A DNA stretch of 64,000 nucleotides from Patescibacteria group bacterium. Its GTDB lineage: Bacteria > Patescibacteriota > JAHJAL01. The notes below the pieces were generated by a model, which saw only the letters and a program-made list of their open reading frames with translations, was not told the origin of the DNA and did no database searches. Location: NCBI GenBank assembly GCA_049322675.1, contig JBMORM010000009.1, positions 92,995 to 156,994 of the forward strand, read 5' to 3'. Within the stretch, counting starts at the first letter, position 1. The number at the start of each line of letters is the position of its first letter. The translations under genes and the position numbers were made by a program. Below, one piece after another: positions 39,176-49,041 of the stretch.

Positions 39176-39943
39176 CTAATGCTCGGCATGATGTGACGTA
39201 GAGGCATTTTTGATAAAAACCAACGTCAACATGGAAAAAACTAAGGCCTGGATAAATCCCACGAATATCTCGAGAAACAAAAAAGGCAATGGAACGAGAT
39301 ACGGGACCAAAAAGCCAACAACCAACAACAATACTTCGCCGGCGAAAATATTACCAAACAAGCGAAAAGAAAAAGAAATTACTTTTGCAAATTCGGAAAT
39401 AATTTCCAAGGCGCCGACAAAAGTGCCGATAATATATGGTTTCTGCCAGGGGCTAACAAAGAATTTTTGCGCGTACTCACTGATTCCAAGAGAAATAATA
39501 CCATATACCTGCACCGAAAGCATAGCTATCAGGGCGATAGCTAGAGTAATATTCATGTCGGCAGACGCGGAACGAATAAATGGAATAAGGATTGTTTCTC
39601 CATGATGTTCTTCCCAGATACCGATGCTGCCCAAACCGGGCACCAGTTCAATCCAGTTGGATAAAATAACAAACAAAAAGATGGTAAAAACAACAGGGAA
39701 AAAAGCATAAGCTTGTTTGCGATTTTGAATAATCGATTCCATAAAATCAATTGCACCCGATATAACTATTTCAATCATATTTTGCAGGCCGGAAGGAATT
39801 TTTTTTATAAACCGATTGAATATTAGGGAAAAAATAATCAGAGATAAAGAAATTACCAATGAGACCACCAGAGTATTGGTGATCGGAAAATCTCCGAGAT
39901 GAGCGATAGGTTCGGCCGCCAATGATATTGCAGGAGCGCTCAT
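39176..39943 (-). CDS. atpB: F0F1 ATP synthase subunit a
   Basis: 255 aa polytopic protein with the FRLFGNIFAGEVLL motif containing the essential Arg. Confidence 0.8.
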   Translation of the reverse strand: MSAPAISLAAEPIAHLGDFPITNTLVVSLVISLSLIIFSLIFNRFIKKIPSGLQNMIEIVISGAIDFMESIIQNRKQAYAFFPVVFTIFLFVILSNWIELVPGLGSIGIWEEHHGETILIPFIRSASADMNITLAIALIAMLSVQVYGIISLGISEYAQKFFVSPWQKPYIIGTFVGALEIISEFAKVISFSFRLFGNIFAGEVLLLVVGFLVPYLVPLPFLFLEIFVGFIQALVFSMLTLVFIKNASTSHHAEH

Positions 39944-40005
39944 AGTGATTTAAAAAATGATTTTACACATAAATGGTTTTTGATGTTTGAAAGATAAAAA
40001 TATTC

Positions 40006-40251
40006 TTATTTTTTGTCATCAAATTCGGCAGTCATTTTGATAGTTTTTTGATAAACAAAAATACTGGTAATCAATAAAGAAAAAAATAATCCAATCAAAA
40101 GAAAAATAGGGGAAGTATTGAAATGCTTATCCAGCCAACGTCCGGATAAAGCAAAAACGATTAGAGGAATAGCAATCAAATATCCCAATTCCCAAGCCAA
40201 AGACAAAGCGGAAAAAGACGAAGTATTTTTGATAGGTTTTTTTCCAGGCAT
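40006..40251 (-). CDS. AtpZ/AtpI-like small membrane protein (first gene of atp operon)
   Basis: 81 aa. The motif LGYLIAIPLIVFALSGRWLDKHF matches the AtpZ signature G....P...G...G.WLD. Confidence 0.55.
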   Translation of the reverse strand: MPGKKPIKNTSSFSALSLAWELGYLIAIPLIVFALSGRWLDKHFNTSPIFLLIGLFFSLLITSIFVYQKTIKMTAEFDDKK

Positions 40252-40408
40252 AAAAATATTTGCCTTTTTACAAAGAATTCTGTGTTGAGATTTTATGTTA
40301 TCAAAATTTTTATAAACAATTCAAGATATTTTTAATATATTTTTAATGTTCGATAAATACTTATAGTTTTTAAAATTCTATTTCCAATATATTTTGAGAA
40401 TATTTATC

Positions 40409-40437
40409 TTGTTATTTTTCTCCCTACATGTTATAAT
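40409..40437 (+). promoter_or_regulatory. Sigma-70-like promoter for the 40483 gene cluster
   Basis: TTGTTA (40409-40414), a 17-nt spacer, then TATAAT (40432-40437). A GAGGA ribosome-binding site lies 6 nt before the ATG at 40483. Confidence 0.45.
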
Positions 40438-40482
40438 GTAGAGATTTCTTTTAAAAATAATAGCTAATATGTGAGGAAAAAT

Positions 40483-40800
40483 ATGCAAAAAATTATCAAT
40501 CCAGAGAATTTTGTCGATAACAGTATTTTTGATTTGTTGGAAATAAGAGAAATGTCCGACGAAAAAAAGAACGAGATCATGAAAGACATGATGACCACGA
40601 TCAACAATCGTGTTTTGGCCCGTACTTTAGATTTGGTGGATGAACGAAATTTGCGAAAGTCATTTGAGTCATTGCTTGATAAAAATGACCAGGCCAAAAT
40701 TGAATCGTTTTTATCAGAAAATAATATTGATTTAAAAATAATTGCCGTAGAAGAAGCAATGCTCTACAAGATGGAATTGGTTAATACTTTAGGAAAATAG
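40483..40800 (+). CDS. Small helical hypothetical protein (cassette 1 small partner)
   Basis: 105 aa from ATG 40483 (the ORF track begins at GTG 40471). It is a paralogue of the 99-aa ORF at 43821 (S.E.K..I...........A.....L......K....L...D....I..FL pattern). Confidence 0.45.
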   Translation: MQKIINPENFVDNSIFDLLEIREMSDEKKNEIMKDMMTTINNRVLARTLDLVDERNLRKSFESLLDKNDQAKIESFLSENNIDLKIIAVEEAMLYKMELVNTLGK

Positions 40801-40802
40801 CC

Positions 40803-43046
40803 ATGCAAAAAATAATAGAACACAATAAATTTCCGGAGTTGAAACCCCCATCTACCCTTTTCTTGGACAAGGCAAAAGAAGGGAAGAAAAATGGCGAGAA
40901 ACAACAAAAACCAGAGGAAAATCCAGAAAAAGAAAATACCGTAAAAGATTCCGAAAAAAATAAAGTTGAAAATTCGGAAAAGATAAAAGAGCTGGAAGAG
41001 TTAGTCAAAAAAATAAACCAGGATGAAAAAGCCAGGTTTGAAAAAAGATTTGGTAAAGGACTCTGGGGAAAAGTCAATCATTGGTTAAATAACACCGATA
41101 AGGGCAAGATGGTCAAGATGTCGGCCAAGATAATTTTGGGCGGAACAGCATTGGTTTCGGTAACCGCAATGAGCGGTGGCTCAGCGATTTGGTTGGCTCC
41201 TTTGGTCTATGGCGCCGGTTCAAAAAATGTTATCGATGGGGCGATAGAAGCGGTTCAATACTTTGCCAAGGGAGGAGGAAGAAATAGATTAAAAATGGAG
41301 GCTGAAAAACAAAACACTTTATTATCATTAAAATCAAAAGCGAAAAAGTTATTTAGCGGCGAGAAAAAAGACCAAGACAACAAAGAAATGTTTATGTCGC
41401 CTGAAGAATATTTGATAAATACGATAAAGGTTTGTGAACAAAATGTCAGCAATGTAATCACAGAAAATATGAAAGCGGAAGCCAGGGCGAAATTGTGGAG
41501 AACTATTTTATCCTCTACCGCCACCATCGGTTTCGGGTTGGTAAATGGAATTCCATTGGGAATCCAAAATTTTGACGGCAAAGAGATGTCGCATCATGTT
41601 TTTTGGTCGTTACGCAAAGGACTGGAATTTGTATATAATACGGGTGAAAAATTGGCCCAGACTCATTCATCCAATCTTTTTGGCCTTGCCACTCATACCA
41701 TGGGCGAGGTTGGAACAAAATTCGTCCCAAGCAAACTACTCGTCGGTCCGGCCACCGCAATCATTGGTACCTTTATAAAGGAGGGGGCAAAAGTCGGAAA
41801 AACTGGATGGCAAAAAATCCATGGCGGGGGCAAAAAAATATTGGATCAGATTTCCCAAAAAAAACAAAATATAATAATTGAGGTGGTTTCCGACGAGACG
41901 AATAGTGATTTATTGAAAGTGGACGAGATATCTGATTCCATTCCCAAATCTATTGATGAACTCAAAAAAAATAAAAAAGAAACTGTTTTCAAAAATAATG
42001 AAAATGGCGATATTACTAAGGTTTGGTTAGACGAAAATATCGAATCCATAAAAAATCAAGAGTACCTTTTGTTTGCAAAAAAAATCCATGAATGTGCAGA
42101 TATTTGTTTTTCACTAGCAAAAAATGATATTCCACTGGAAAATATTAAAGAGAAATATATTGCGTTTAAAAAAATATTAATAAAGGAATTAAAAAGAAAT
42201 GATTGGAATCCTCAAGTATTTTTTTCGTCATTGAAACGTAATCAACCTGATACCCAATTAATCGATTGCTTTGTTGATGGTTGGGGTAGCCTAGAAAAAT
42301 ATCTTCAAGCAAGTATCATTTCTGCACAAAAAAACAATAAGAATGAAAAAGAAGATATTAGTCCCTTTTACGATCTTCCAGTTGAGTCCAATCGAACGGT
42401 TATGGCGGTGGAAAACTTGGAAAAAAACGGATTATTTGAAAAAGGTGACGAGGAATCTCCATATGGATATTTTGTTTCCACAAACGGTCAGAAATATCCG
42501 GTTCTTGGTCGCAATAGCGAAAAAATTAACGGAGGAGTATATCCAGGTGGAAGCGATAGAGAAATATTGGTCGTGGACGATCAAGACGAAACAATAAGAG
42601 AGTCTTACAACGAGTTAAAAAGTCAGCTCGACCAATTTTTCAAAAACAAAAAAAACAGACACGAAAAAGATATTTTGCAAAAAGTTTATGCATATGTAGA
42701 AGAAAAAATGCCTTTCGATGAAAATAGAGTGAATATGATAATTGCCTTCAAAGAAAATCAATTGAATAGTCTGGGAGTGTTTATCCGAATGAAAGCCGGT
42801 GTGTGCCGACATCAAGCTTTGTTCGTAGCCTATTTACTGGAAAAATTGAAAGAAGAAAATTATCTAAAAGGTAATTTTAGTATGGAACGAAATAGTATCA
42901 AACAGGTCGGCGCTCATGTTTGGATTAGATATACCAGGAGAGATGGACTGGAATATATCCTGGACACCGCCTTAAGGTTTTTTGGTACAAAAAAGGAAGC
43001 CAAGAAAAAAGGGGCCTGGAAGTACGAATTGGAAAATCGCAAATAA
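40803..43046 (+). CDS. Large lineage-specific protein with Gly-rich membrane segment and C-terminal transglutaminase-like cysteine-peptidase domain
   Basis: 747 aa. The N-terminus is K/E-rich. A hydrophobic Gly-zipper-like segment reads ILGGTALVSVTAMSGGSAIWLAPLVYGAGS. The C-terminal triad is in the canonical order: AGVCRHQALFVAYLL (Cys), GAHVWIRY (His), ILDTA (Asp). Confidence 0.5.
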   Translation: MQKIIEHNKFPELKPPSTLFLDKAKEGKKNGEKQQKPEENPEKENTVKDSEKNKVENSEKIKELEELVKKINQDEKARFEKRFGKGLWGKVNHWLNNTDKGKMVKMSAKIILGGTALVSVTAMSGGSAIWLAPLVYGAGSKNVIDGAIEAVQYFAKGGGRNRLKMEAEKQNTLLSLKSKAKKLFSGEKKDQDNKEMFMSPEEYLINTIKVCEQNVSNVITENMKAEARAKLWRTILSSTATIGFGLVNGIPLGIQNFDGKEMSHHVFWSLRKGLEFVYNTGEKLAQTHSSNLFGLATHTMGEVGTKFVPSKLLVGPATAIIGTFIKEGAKVGKTGWQKIHGGGKKILDQISQKKQNIIIEVVSDETNSDLLKVDEISDSIPKSIDELKKNKKETVFKNNENGDITKVWLDENIESIKNQEYLLFAKKIHECADICFSLAKNDIPLENIKEKYIAFKKILIKELKRNDWNPQVFFSSLKRNQPDTQLIDCFVDGWGSLEKYLQASIISAQKNNKNEKEDISPFYDLPVESNRTVMAVENLEKNGLFEKGDEESPYGYFVSTNGQKYPVLGRNSEKINGGVYPGGSDREILVVDDQDETIRESYNELKSQLDQFFKNKKNRHEKDILQKVYAYVEEKMPFDENRVNMIIAFKENQLNSLGVFIRMKAGVCRHQALFVAYLLEKLKEENYLKGNFSMERNSIKQVGAHVWIRYTRRDGLEYILDTALRFFGTKKEAKKKGAWKYELENRK

Positions 43047-43063
43047 TTCTATTTTTCTCAAGG

Positions 43064-43090
43064 AAAAAACCCGCTGACCAAGCGGGTTTA
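43064..43090 (-). terminator. Rho-independent terminator for the minus-strand gene 43185-43550
   Basis: The minus-strand reading is aaaCCCGCTtggtcAGCGGGttttttcc. Confidence 0.45.
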
Positions 43091-43116
43091 AGTTTGTTTA
43101 AAAAGAAGAAGGAGAG

Positions 43117-43144
43117 GATCCCGTGGCAAGCGGGATTTTTTTTG
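43117..43144 (+). terminator. Rho-independent terminator for the plus-strand gene ending at 43046
   Basis: gATCCCGtggcaagCGGGATtttttttg. Confidence 0.55.
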
Positions 43145-43184
43145 AATGGAGGGAGGGGAGGAATTTTGGGGGCGGCTCAAGTTT

Positions 43185-43550
43185 TTATCTGTACAGCTTG
43201 AGCCATTTCAAAATTTGTTTAAATACTTTTCCGGCTACGATGAACCAGAAAAATATTCCAAATTTGAAATACCCCCAAATTCCTACAATAGTGAATATCA
43301 TCCCTCCGATGATAATCACTATCCCTCCGATAATCAGGCCGAATGGCCCGATAAATCGAAGAAAATCGTCTGGATGGTGATTGGCCATCCAGGCCAACCC
43401 GGTTGTCCCGACGATCAAGAGACAACCTGTGAAAAATGTGAGGGCCACCGCTATAAATATTATTAAAGCGCAGCCGGTGGCCCCCATATATAATTTTATC
43501 CAGAAATTTAAGCCCTGCCACCAGGCGAGGGCTTTTTGCCACATATTCAT
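43185..43550 (-). CDS. Small polytopic membrane protein
   Basis: 121 aa with 3-4 TM helices. A strong AGGAGG Shine-Dalgarno lies upstream of the ATG at 43550. I preferred it over the overlapping low-complexity plus-strand ORF 43146-43466. Confidence 0.5.
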   Translation of the reverse strand: MNMWQKALAWWQGLNFWIKLYMGATGCALIIFIAVALTFFTGCLLIVGTTGLAWMANHHPDDFLRFIGPFGLIIGGIVIIIGGMIFTIVGIWGYFKFGIFFWFIVAGKVFKQILKWLKLYR

Positions 43551-43820
43551 CCTTTCTTTACCTCCTTTCTATATTAAGGTGAAAGGATTTTTTCCTTCTT
43601 CTTTTTAAAGAGCATTTGCTCTTTGTTTTTATTTTGGCGTTTATTATATCATAATTTCATATTATTATCAAGACTTTGAGTCATTCTTATGATACAAATC
43701 GCAGAAATAATGTATGATATTAATTTTCAACATCTAATTTTGTCTTTATCCATTGACAAAATTATAATAATTTAACATTATGTAGTCTGATAATTAATCT
43801 AATAACAAAACTTATAAAAA

Positions 43821-44120
43821 ATGAAAAAAGATTATTGGGACAAATATATAGATGACTTATTGATTGATTTGGGAGCGGACGATTGGTCTAAAGAAGAAAG
43901 AGACAAGATACGAGATCAAGTGGCGGAAGCCTGGCAAACTCAGTTGATGGCCGATATCACCGGTAAATTAAATAGTTCTCAAAAAGTAACCTTAAAAACT
44001 ATGTTAAGTGAGGACAAAACAACGCTCCAGATCATCAATTTTCTCTATTCTATCCGTCCGGATATTATGAAAATAGTAGAATCCAGTATGATTGAGTTCA
44101 AAAAACAGTTGTTATCTTGA
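43821..44120 (+). CDS. Small helical hypothetical protein (cassette 2 small partner)
   Basis: 99 aa, paralogous to the 40483-40800 product. Confidence 0.45.
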   Translation: MKKDYWDKYIDDLLIDLGADDWSKEERDKIRDQVAEAWQTQLMADITGKLNSSQKVTLKTMLSEDKTTLQIINFLYSIRPDIMKIVESSMIEFKKQLLS

Positions 44121-44241
44121 TATTTTTTCTTTAGCAATAATCAGTCTGCCACTATCTTTTTGTCTTGACTGAATTGACAATTCCCCCTACAATTATTTCT
44201 TAATATATCTTTATTTTAGAAAATAATAATTTGTTACAAAT

Positions 44242-46494
44242 ATGAAAACTATAGAAAAAGAAAATTTGGTTTTTTCGCCACAAGAAGTTCGTGAATCAAA
44301 GCCAAATGTTAATTTGGAAAAATATCTGGAGAAACACTCTGATTTTAATCAGTTATTAAAAAAACCAAAGAAATCAGATGTTAAAGAAATTACTGATAAA
44401 CATACTTTGGGTTTAGAGAAATCAACCAAGCAATTGGCCGAGACACAAGGATTGGACAAAGAGAGTCAAAAATCATTGGTGGAAAAAACTTCATCTACCT
44501 TTAAAACTATCTGGTCTTTACCGGTAGTCAGAGACGTGATCGCCCAAGGGAAAAATTCTCTTGAAAACATTAAACAACTTGGGACGAACATCAAAAATAC
44601 TCTATATGATTCACTGGGAAATTTATTGAAGTTTGGTCAGGGTGAGACAGATAAATTGGTTTTTCCAAATCAGAAGAAAAATATCGAACAAGTAAAAGCC
44701 AAATTGGCTGAAATCAGAGAAAAAAACGAAAGGATTTTGCGCCAAAACGGATTTTTTGAAAACGAAACCATGAAAAAAGTCGCCAATTTTTTTGGTGAAG
44801 TAAAATCAGCAACTATCGATTTTACTATCGGTGCCGGCACTTTTGTTGCAACGACCGGTATTTTGGCTCCGGTCAATCCTGTAGTAGCAGTTGTGTCCGG
44901 TGTGGCCACAACGGCTGCAGTAATTGGCGGAAAATCGGAATATGACAGGCAAAATAAGGAAAATCAAGCAAGGGTAAAAAATCTAACGGATCGGAAATTG
45001 GAAAATCTCGCGGCTAAAATTAATCAAGAAGAAGACATTTTGACTTTAGTCGCCTATCAAAAGTCTCTACCATTTTTGGCGATAAGCAAAAAAGAAACAG
45101 CCAAGTTGGAAAATGCGTTACTGAATAACATTGACAAAAAGATACAAGAAAACAAGTCAAAGTCAGTCAAATATTCAATCGAAGGCAAAGAGTTGAAGTT
45201 GATTGTGTCAAAAAATGATGAAAAAACAATCGATGACTTGAGCAAAAATTTTATTGAAAATTTTACCAATGACCTAAAGAAAGAAAAATTGGTATTGGAT
45301 CGTAAAAAAATCGCCCAGGAAAGTCTAAGGACAGCTATGGCCGCGCCAAAAAATATCGCCAAAACTGCCTACAACATGTTTTTATCCAATCTCAAGACTC
45401 GCGGACCAGTCTATGCCGCATTACTTACCTTTGCTGTAGCATACAAGTGGAGTACAGGACAAGCTGACGCCCAAGATTTGCACGCTACCATTGATTGGGA
45501 TCAGGTTTGGCACAATGCTCCAGCGGAGATAAAAAAAGCAGTTGGTTTGGACGATGCAAAATTTGGAGAGAATCATCATTACGTTGATAAAGATTTTTCT
45601 GACCCGCACGAAAAACAACAATTTGAAACTTTTTACACAAACAATACCGATAAATTTCAGGTCAATCTGATGGTCAACGGAAAAGAACAAGTTGGCAATT
45701 TTCATCATTATTCTCAAACCGATGCCCAGCATTTTGCCAATATTTTGGACGCGGATGAAAAAAAAGACTTTGGAGTTTCTGAATATGCCAAGATTATTGA
45801 AAAAAATCATGGTATGAGTCCTGCGAATTTGAATGGATTGAGCGACGAGATTCATCTTTTGCCCAAGTTTTTTAAAGAAGCTTCTCCCGAACAAATAAAA
45901 GAATATTTTAGAAATCACAATATCGACATCGATAGTCCCAAAAATTTGGCGGTTGAAAATAATAAGTTTGTCATTGAGCTAATTAACAAAGCTAAAGGCT
46001 TGCCTGACTCGGTCCTAAATAATAAAGACTGGCAAGATAGTTTTAGTGAAATGACTAGAAAAGCCTTGAATATGGCTGACAAATATCCAAAAATATCGGA
46101 GTTGGATTCGGTAAAAAATTTATCTGACAAAGATCTAGAACATCCCGAGATACTACAATGTTTACAGGATTATTTTGCGACTACGAATAAAAGTAATGGA
46201 CCGATTGCTCTAGGTAATCTTGATGGTAATATTGCGGATTATCAAAAATTGTTTCAAAAACACGTACAAGATAATTTAGAAAAGAAGCCGGAAGCCAATT
46301 ATCTTGGTGCAGTTTTGGCTGATACTTATGCCTGGGGGAGAAATAATATAAAGACTATCGTCATCTCAACGGTTGTTGTCGCCTCCTCTCTCGTATTTAA
46401 AAATAGGATCACTAGCGGCGTTTCGTATGTCTGGAGTAAATTGACCAAGAAGAAAAAAGCCAAAGCAACCGGCCTACCAACACTACGATTTTAA
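44242..46494 (+). CDS. Large lineage-specific protein with Gly-rich membrane segment (cassette 2 large partner)
   Basis: 750 aa. An N-terminal K/E-rich region is followed by IDFTIGAGTFVATTGILAPVNPVVAVVSGVATTAAVIGG, analogous to the segment in the 747-aa protein. A C-terminal TM (IVISTVVVASSLVF) is present. No recognizable catalytic domain was found. Confidence 0.5.
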   Translation: MKTIEKENLVFSPQEVRESKPNVNLEKYLEKHSDFNQLLKKPKKSDVKEITDKHTLGLEKSTKQLAETQGLDKESQKSLVEKTSSTFKTIWSLPVVRDVIAQGKNSLENIKQLGTNIKNTLYDSLGNLLKFGQGETDKLVFPNQKKNIEQVKAKLAEIREKNERILRQNGFFENETMKKVANFFGEVKSATIDFTIGAGTFVATTGILAPVNPVVAVVSGVATTAAVIGGKSEYDRQNKENQARVKNLTDRKLENLAAKINQEEDILTLVAYQKSLPFLAISKKETAKLENALLNNIDKKIQENKSKSVKYSIEGKELKLIVSKNDEKTIDDLSKNFIENFTNDLKKEKLVLDRKKIAQESLRTAMAAPKNIAKTAYNMFLSNLKTRGPVYAALLTFAVAYKWSTGQADAQDLHATIDWDQVWHNAPAEIKKAVGLDDAKFGENHHYVDKDFSDPHEKQQFETFYTNNTDKFQVNLMVNGKEQVGNFHHYSQTDAQHFANILDADEKKDFGVSEYAKIIEKNHGMSPANLNGLSDEIHLLPKFFKEASPEQIKEYFRNHNIDIDSPKNLAVENNKFVIELINKAKGLPDSVLNNKDWQDSFSEMTRKALNMADKYPKISELDSVKNLSDKDLEHPEILQCLQDYFATTNKSNGPIALGNLDGNIADYQKLFQKHVQDNLEKKPEANYLGAVLADTYAWGRNNIKTIVISTVVVASSLVFKNRITSGVSYVWSKLTKKKKAKATGLPTLRF

Positions 46495-46517
46495 ATTTTA
46501 AAAAATATATTAATCAT

Positions 46518-48986
46518 ATGAAAAAGAACAATGATAATTTAGTTTTCGCAAGTGTCAAGAAATCAACTTCTTCCGATTTTGGTATTGATGAAAAAGAAAT
46601 ATCCATTTCCGATCAACAAAAAATACTTATCACTGTAATATATGCAGACAAAAAGCGTAAATATAGCGATGTTTTTTCCGCTAAAGACAAAGTGGATTAC
46701 GAATCTATTTCAGATGAATATTTAAAAAAATTCTCCCAACAAACAGGGGCGGATAATATTGATTATTTATTGGCTAATCAATACAAGATTTTTGAGAATA
46801 TCGAGATACAAAAGAAAATCAATCTGGCATTTAATGATTTTTTTACGGAAAAAAAAGAAAAATCAGGTCTTAATCGGGTCTTGAAAGAGATCATCAGCCA
46901 ACCGAAAAAGGATCAAATGGAAAAGGTCAGAAAAGAAATTCAGGCTGTAAAACAAAAAAATGCAGACAAACAAAATATCAAAAACATAACTAGACCCATT
47001 TCCGACAAATCGAATAATGAAATAAAAAAAGATGTTCAAGAAACAAGTGGTTTCTTTTCTAAAATAACAAGAAGAATAACAGGGTTTTTTAGTATAAAGC
47101 CCGCCATTACTCGCAAGATTAATGAAAAACAATTGGCAGAAGATTTAAATACGGAAAGTACTCCTACTGAAGAAATCTCTAAAGATATAGCAAGCCAGCC
47201 GAATAATGAAGATGTTAACAAAGATAACCCGAAAAAAGAAGCAAAGAAAGAGGAACCTTGTTTAAAGTGCTTGGAATTTAGTTTGAGAAGAAGCGGTTCA
47301 CGTTGCGGTAATTGCGGAAAAATACTTGAGAGCGTTGACTTGAACCAAATTGGTAACCTTGAAAAGATATTAAGCTATCACAAGACCATCAACAAAATTG
47401 ATGATGAGGGCGGTATTGGTTCGTGCTATAGAGAACATTTACACAACACTTTGCAAGATCTTATCGAAGACCACTTGATAGATATCAAGACAAGATATTA
47501 CGGCAACGAAGCATTTGAACCTTACGATTTGTATCGAGAATTAGGAGAAATATATACAATAAAATACGAACTCCTGAAAAAAGACTATCTACATAAAAAC
47601 ACAAATGATTCGGAGAAAGATTTTGAAACAAAGATGCAACGAAATACCGATGTCTATAACAAAAAATGCTACGAACATATGGATGAAAAAATCCGAGTTC
47701 TTTCTTCCGTTCTTGGAAAATTTCTTTGTCAGCCAAATGGAGTAGTGCCTGCTATTACCTCATCTCAGATATATTTATTAAAAGCGCATTGCTCGCAATT
47801 GGCATTATCTTTCTATATTGATGAAAATATTTCAATCGAGGAATTTGATTTTTATTCAAAAAAACAAACTCTTTATATTATTGATTCCAATTTAGATTTA
47901 TTTAAACAGATACATCAAACAGTCGATGGATTGAATCCAAATGCTGAACAAAAAAAATTGGTTTCATTTATGGTAGAAGAAAATTTATTAAAGCTGCTAG
48001 AGGAAGACAATGAAATTATAGCTATCGAAGAACTAATAAAATCATTGAGCGAAAAGTCACGCGATATTATCAATCAAGACGGACAAGAAAATTGTGAACA
48101 AAATTCGGAAAACAATTTGATCGCTGCCGATAGCGAGATAGAAATTCCTCATAAAAAAGATCGTAGTATTTTTTTGTCTGACTTGTTCAATAGAGAAGAG
48201 ATAAAGAGATTAGAAAAATTCATTATTTTTGTTACCAAGAAGATAAATAAGCTGATCGATGGAGATTTGGACAAAAAGTATTCTTTGAAACAACAAAGAG
48301 AAATTTTGATTGAAGGCGAAGGGAAAAAATCTTCAATTAAAGAAAAGTTTATTTCCGATGAAATTGAAAAACATATTATTTCGGCAAGCAAGACATTTGA
48401 AAAAGAAAACTTACATAAAAAAAGTAAGAAAAAGGATGAACGAATTGAAATAAATAATATTTTCGTAAGGAACATCAGTTCAATTACCGAAGAATTGATA
48501 GAAAAAATTTACCATGATCAAAAACAATGGATAAACGAGATAGATTTCAACATCCTTAGTCCATATCTAGCAAATGCTTCTATGAATAATCCAAATCTGC
48601 CAAATTCTTCATTGAAAAAATTATATGAGGAAGCTATGGACTATTTGTTTTTATCCACTCGCAACAAGACACATTTGTACCAAAATAATGCAGTTGACAA
48701 GAATCAGTTTACAAACGAATTCTGCATCTGGCTTGACAAAAAACTATCATATTTGGTGTCCGTCGAATTAAACCGGGTAAGCTACGCAGAATTCAAGAGT
48801 TTTCTTGGAACACTTCCAAAAAATAAACGAGGCGATACACGGAAATACAGAAGGAAGAATCCCCTTCTAGTTAATTTCCAACAAGATGAAAAAGATATTT
48901 GGTTGGAAAATTTAGTTAAAAATAGAGATAATAATTTTGTTACCAAAATTTTAAATATAACAGAAAATGATTTGCCGAAATCATAA
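46518..48986 (+). CDS. Large lineage-specific K/E-rich protein with a CxxC...CxxC zinc ribbon
   Basis: 822 aa. The N-terminus NDNLVFASVKK resembles ENLVFSPQEV of the preceding protein. A zinc ribbon reads PCLKCLEFSLRRSGSRCGNCGK. Confidence 0.5.
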   Translation: MKKNNDNLVFASVKKSTSSDFGIDEKEISISDQQKILITVIYADKKRKYSDVFSAKDKVDYESISDEYLKKFSQQTGADNIDYLLANQYKIFENIEIQKKINLAFNDFFTEKKEKSGLNRVLKEIISQPKKDQMEKVRKEIQAVKQKNADKQNIKNITRPISDKSNNEIKKDVQETSGFFSKITRRITGFFSIKPAITRKINEKQLAEDLNTESTPTEEISKDIASQPNNEDVNKDNPKKEAKKEEPCLKCLEFSLRRSGSRCGNCGKILESVDLNQIGNLEKILSYHKTINKIDDEGGIGSCYREHLHNTLQDLIEDHLIDIKTRYYGNEAFEPYDLYRELGEIYTIKYELLKKDYLHKNTNDSEKDFETKMQRNTDVYNKKCYEHMDEKIRVLSSVLGKFLCQPNGVVPAITSSQIYLLKAHCSQLALSFYIDENISIEEFDFYSKKQTLYIIDSNLDLFKQIHQTVDGLNPNAEQKKLVSFMVEENLLKLLEEDNEIIAIEELIKSLSEKSRDIINQDGQENCEQNSENNLIAADSEIEIPHKKDRSIFLSDLFNREEIKRLEKFIIFVTKKINKLIDGDLDKKYSLKQQREILIEGEGKKSSIKEKFISDEIEKHIISASKTFEKENLHKKSKKKDERIEINNIFVRNISSITEELIEKIYHDQKQWINEIDFNILSPYLANASMNNPNLPNSSLKKLYEEAMDYLFLSTRNKTHLYQNNAVDKNQFTNEFCIWLDKKLSYLVSVELNRVSYAEFKSFLGTLPKNKRGDTRKYRRKNPLLVNFQQDEKDIWLENLVKNRDNNFVTKILNITENDLPKS

Positions 48987-49041
48987 ATTTTTCGGTATAA
49001 TTGATCTAGTTTAAAATAATATCAATATTGAAAGGAAATTT

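Noticed and set aside
40006-40251. Calling the 81-aa ORF a spurious ORF upstream of atpB
   Set aside because: It has the AtpZ G...G.WLD motif, two TM helices and the usual position at the head of the atp operon, so I kept it as an AtpZ/AtpI-like gene.
43146-43466. Plus-strand 106-aa ORF (E/P/D-rich) overlapping the minus-strand membrane protein
   Set aside because: The minus-strand ORF has a strong AGGAGG ribosome-binding site, coherent TM helices and its own terminator. The plus-strand ORF is low complexity.
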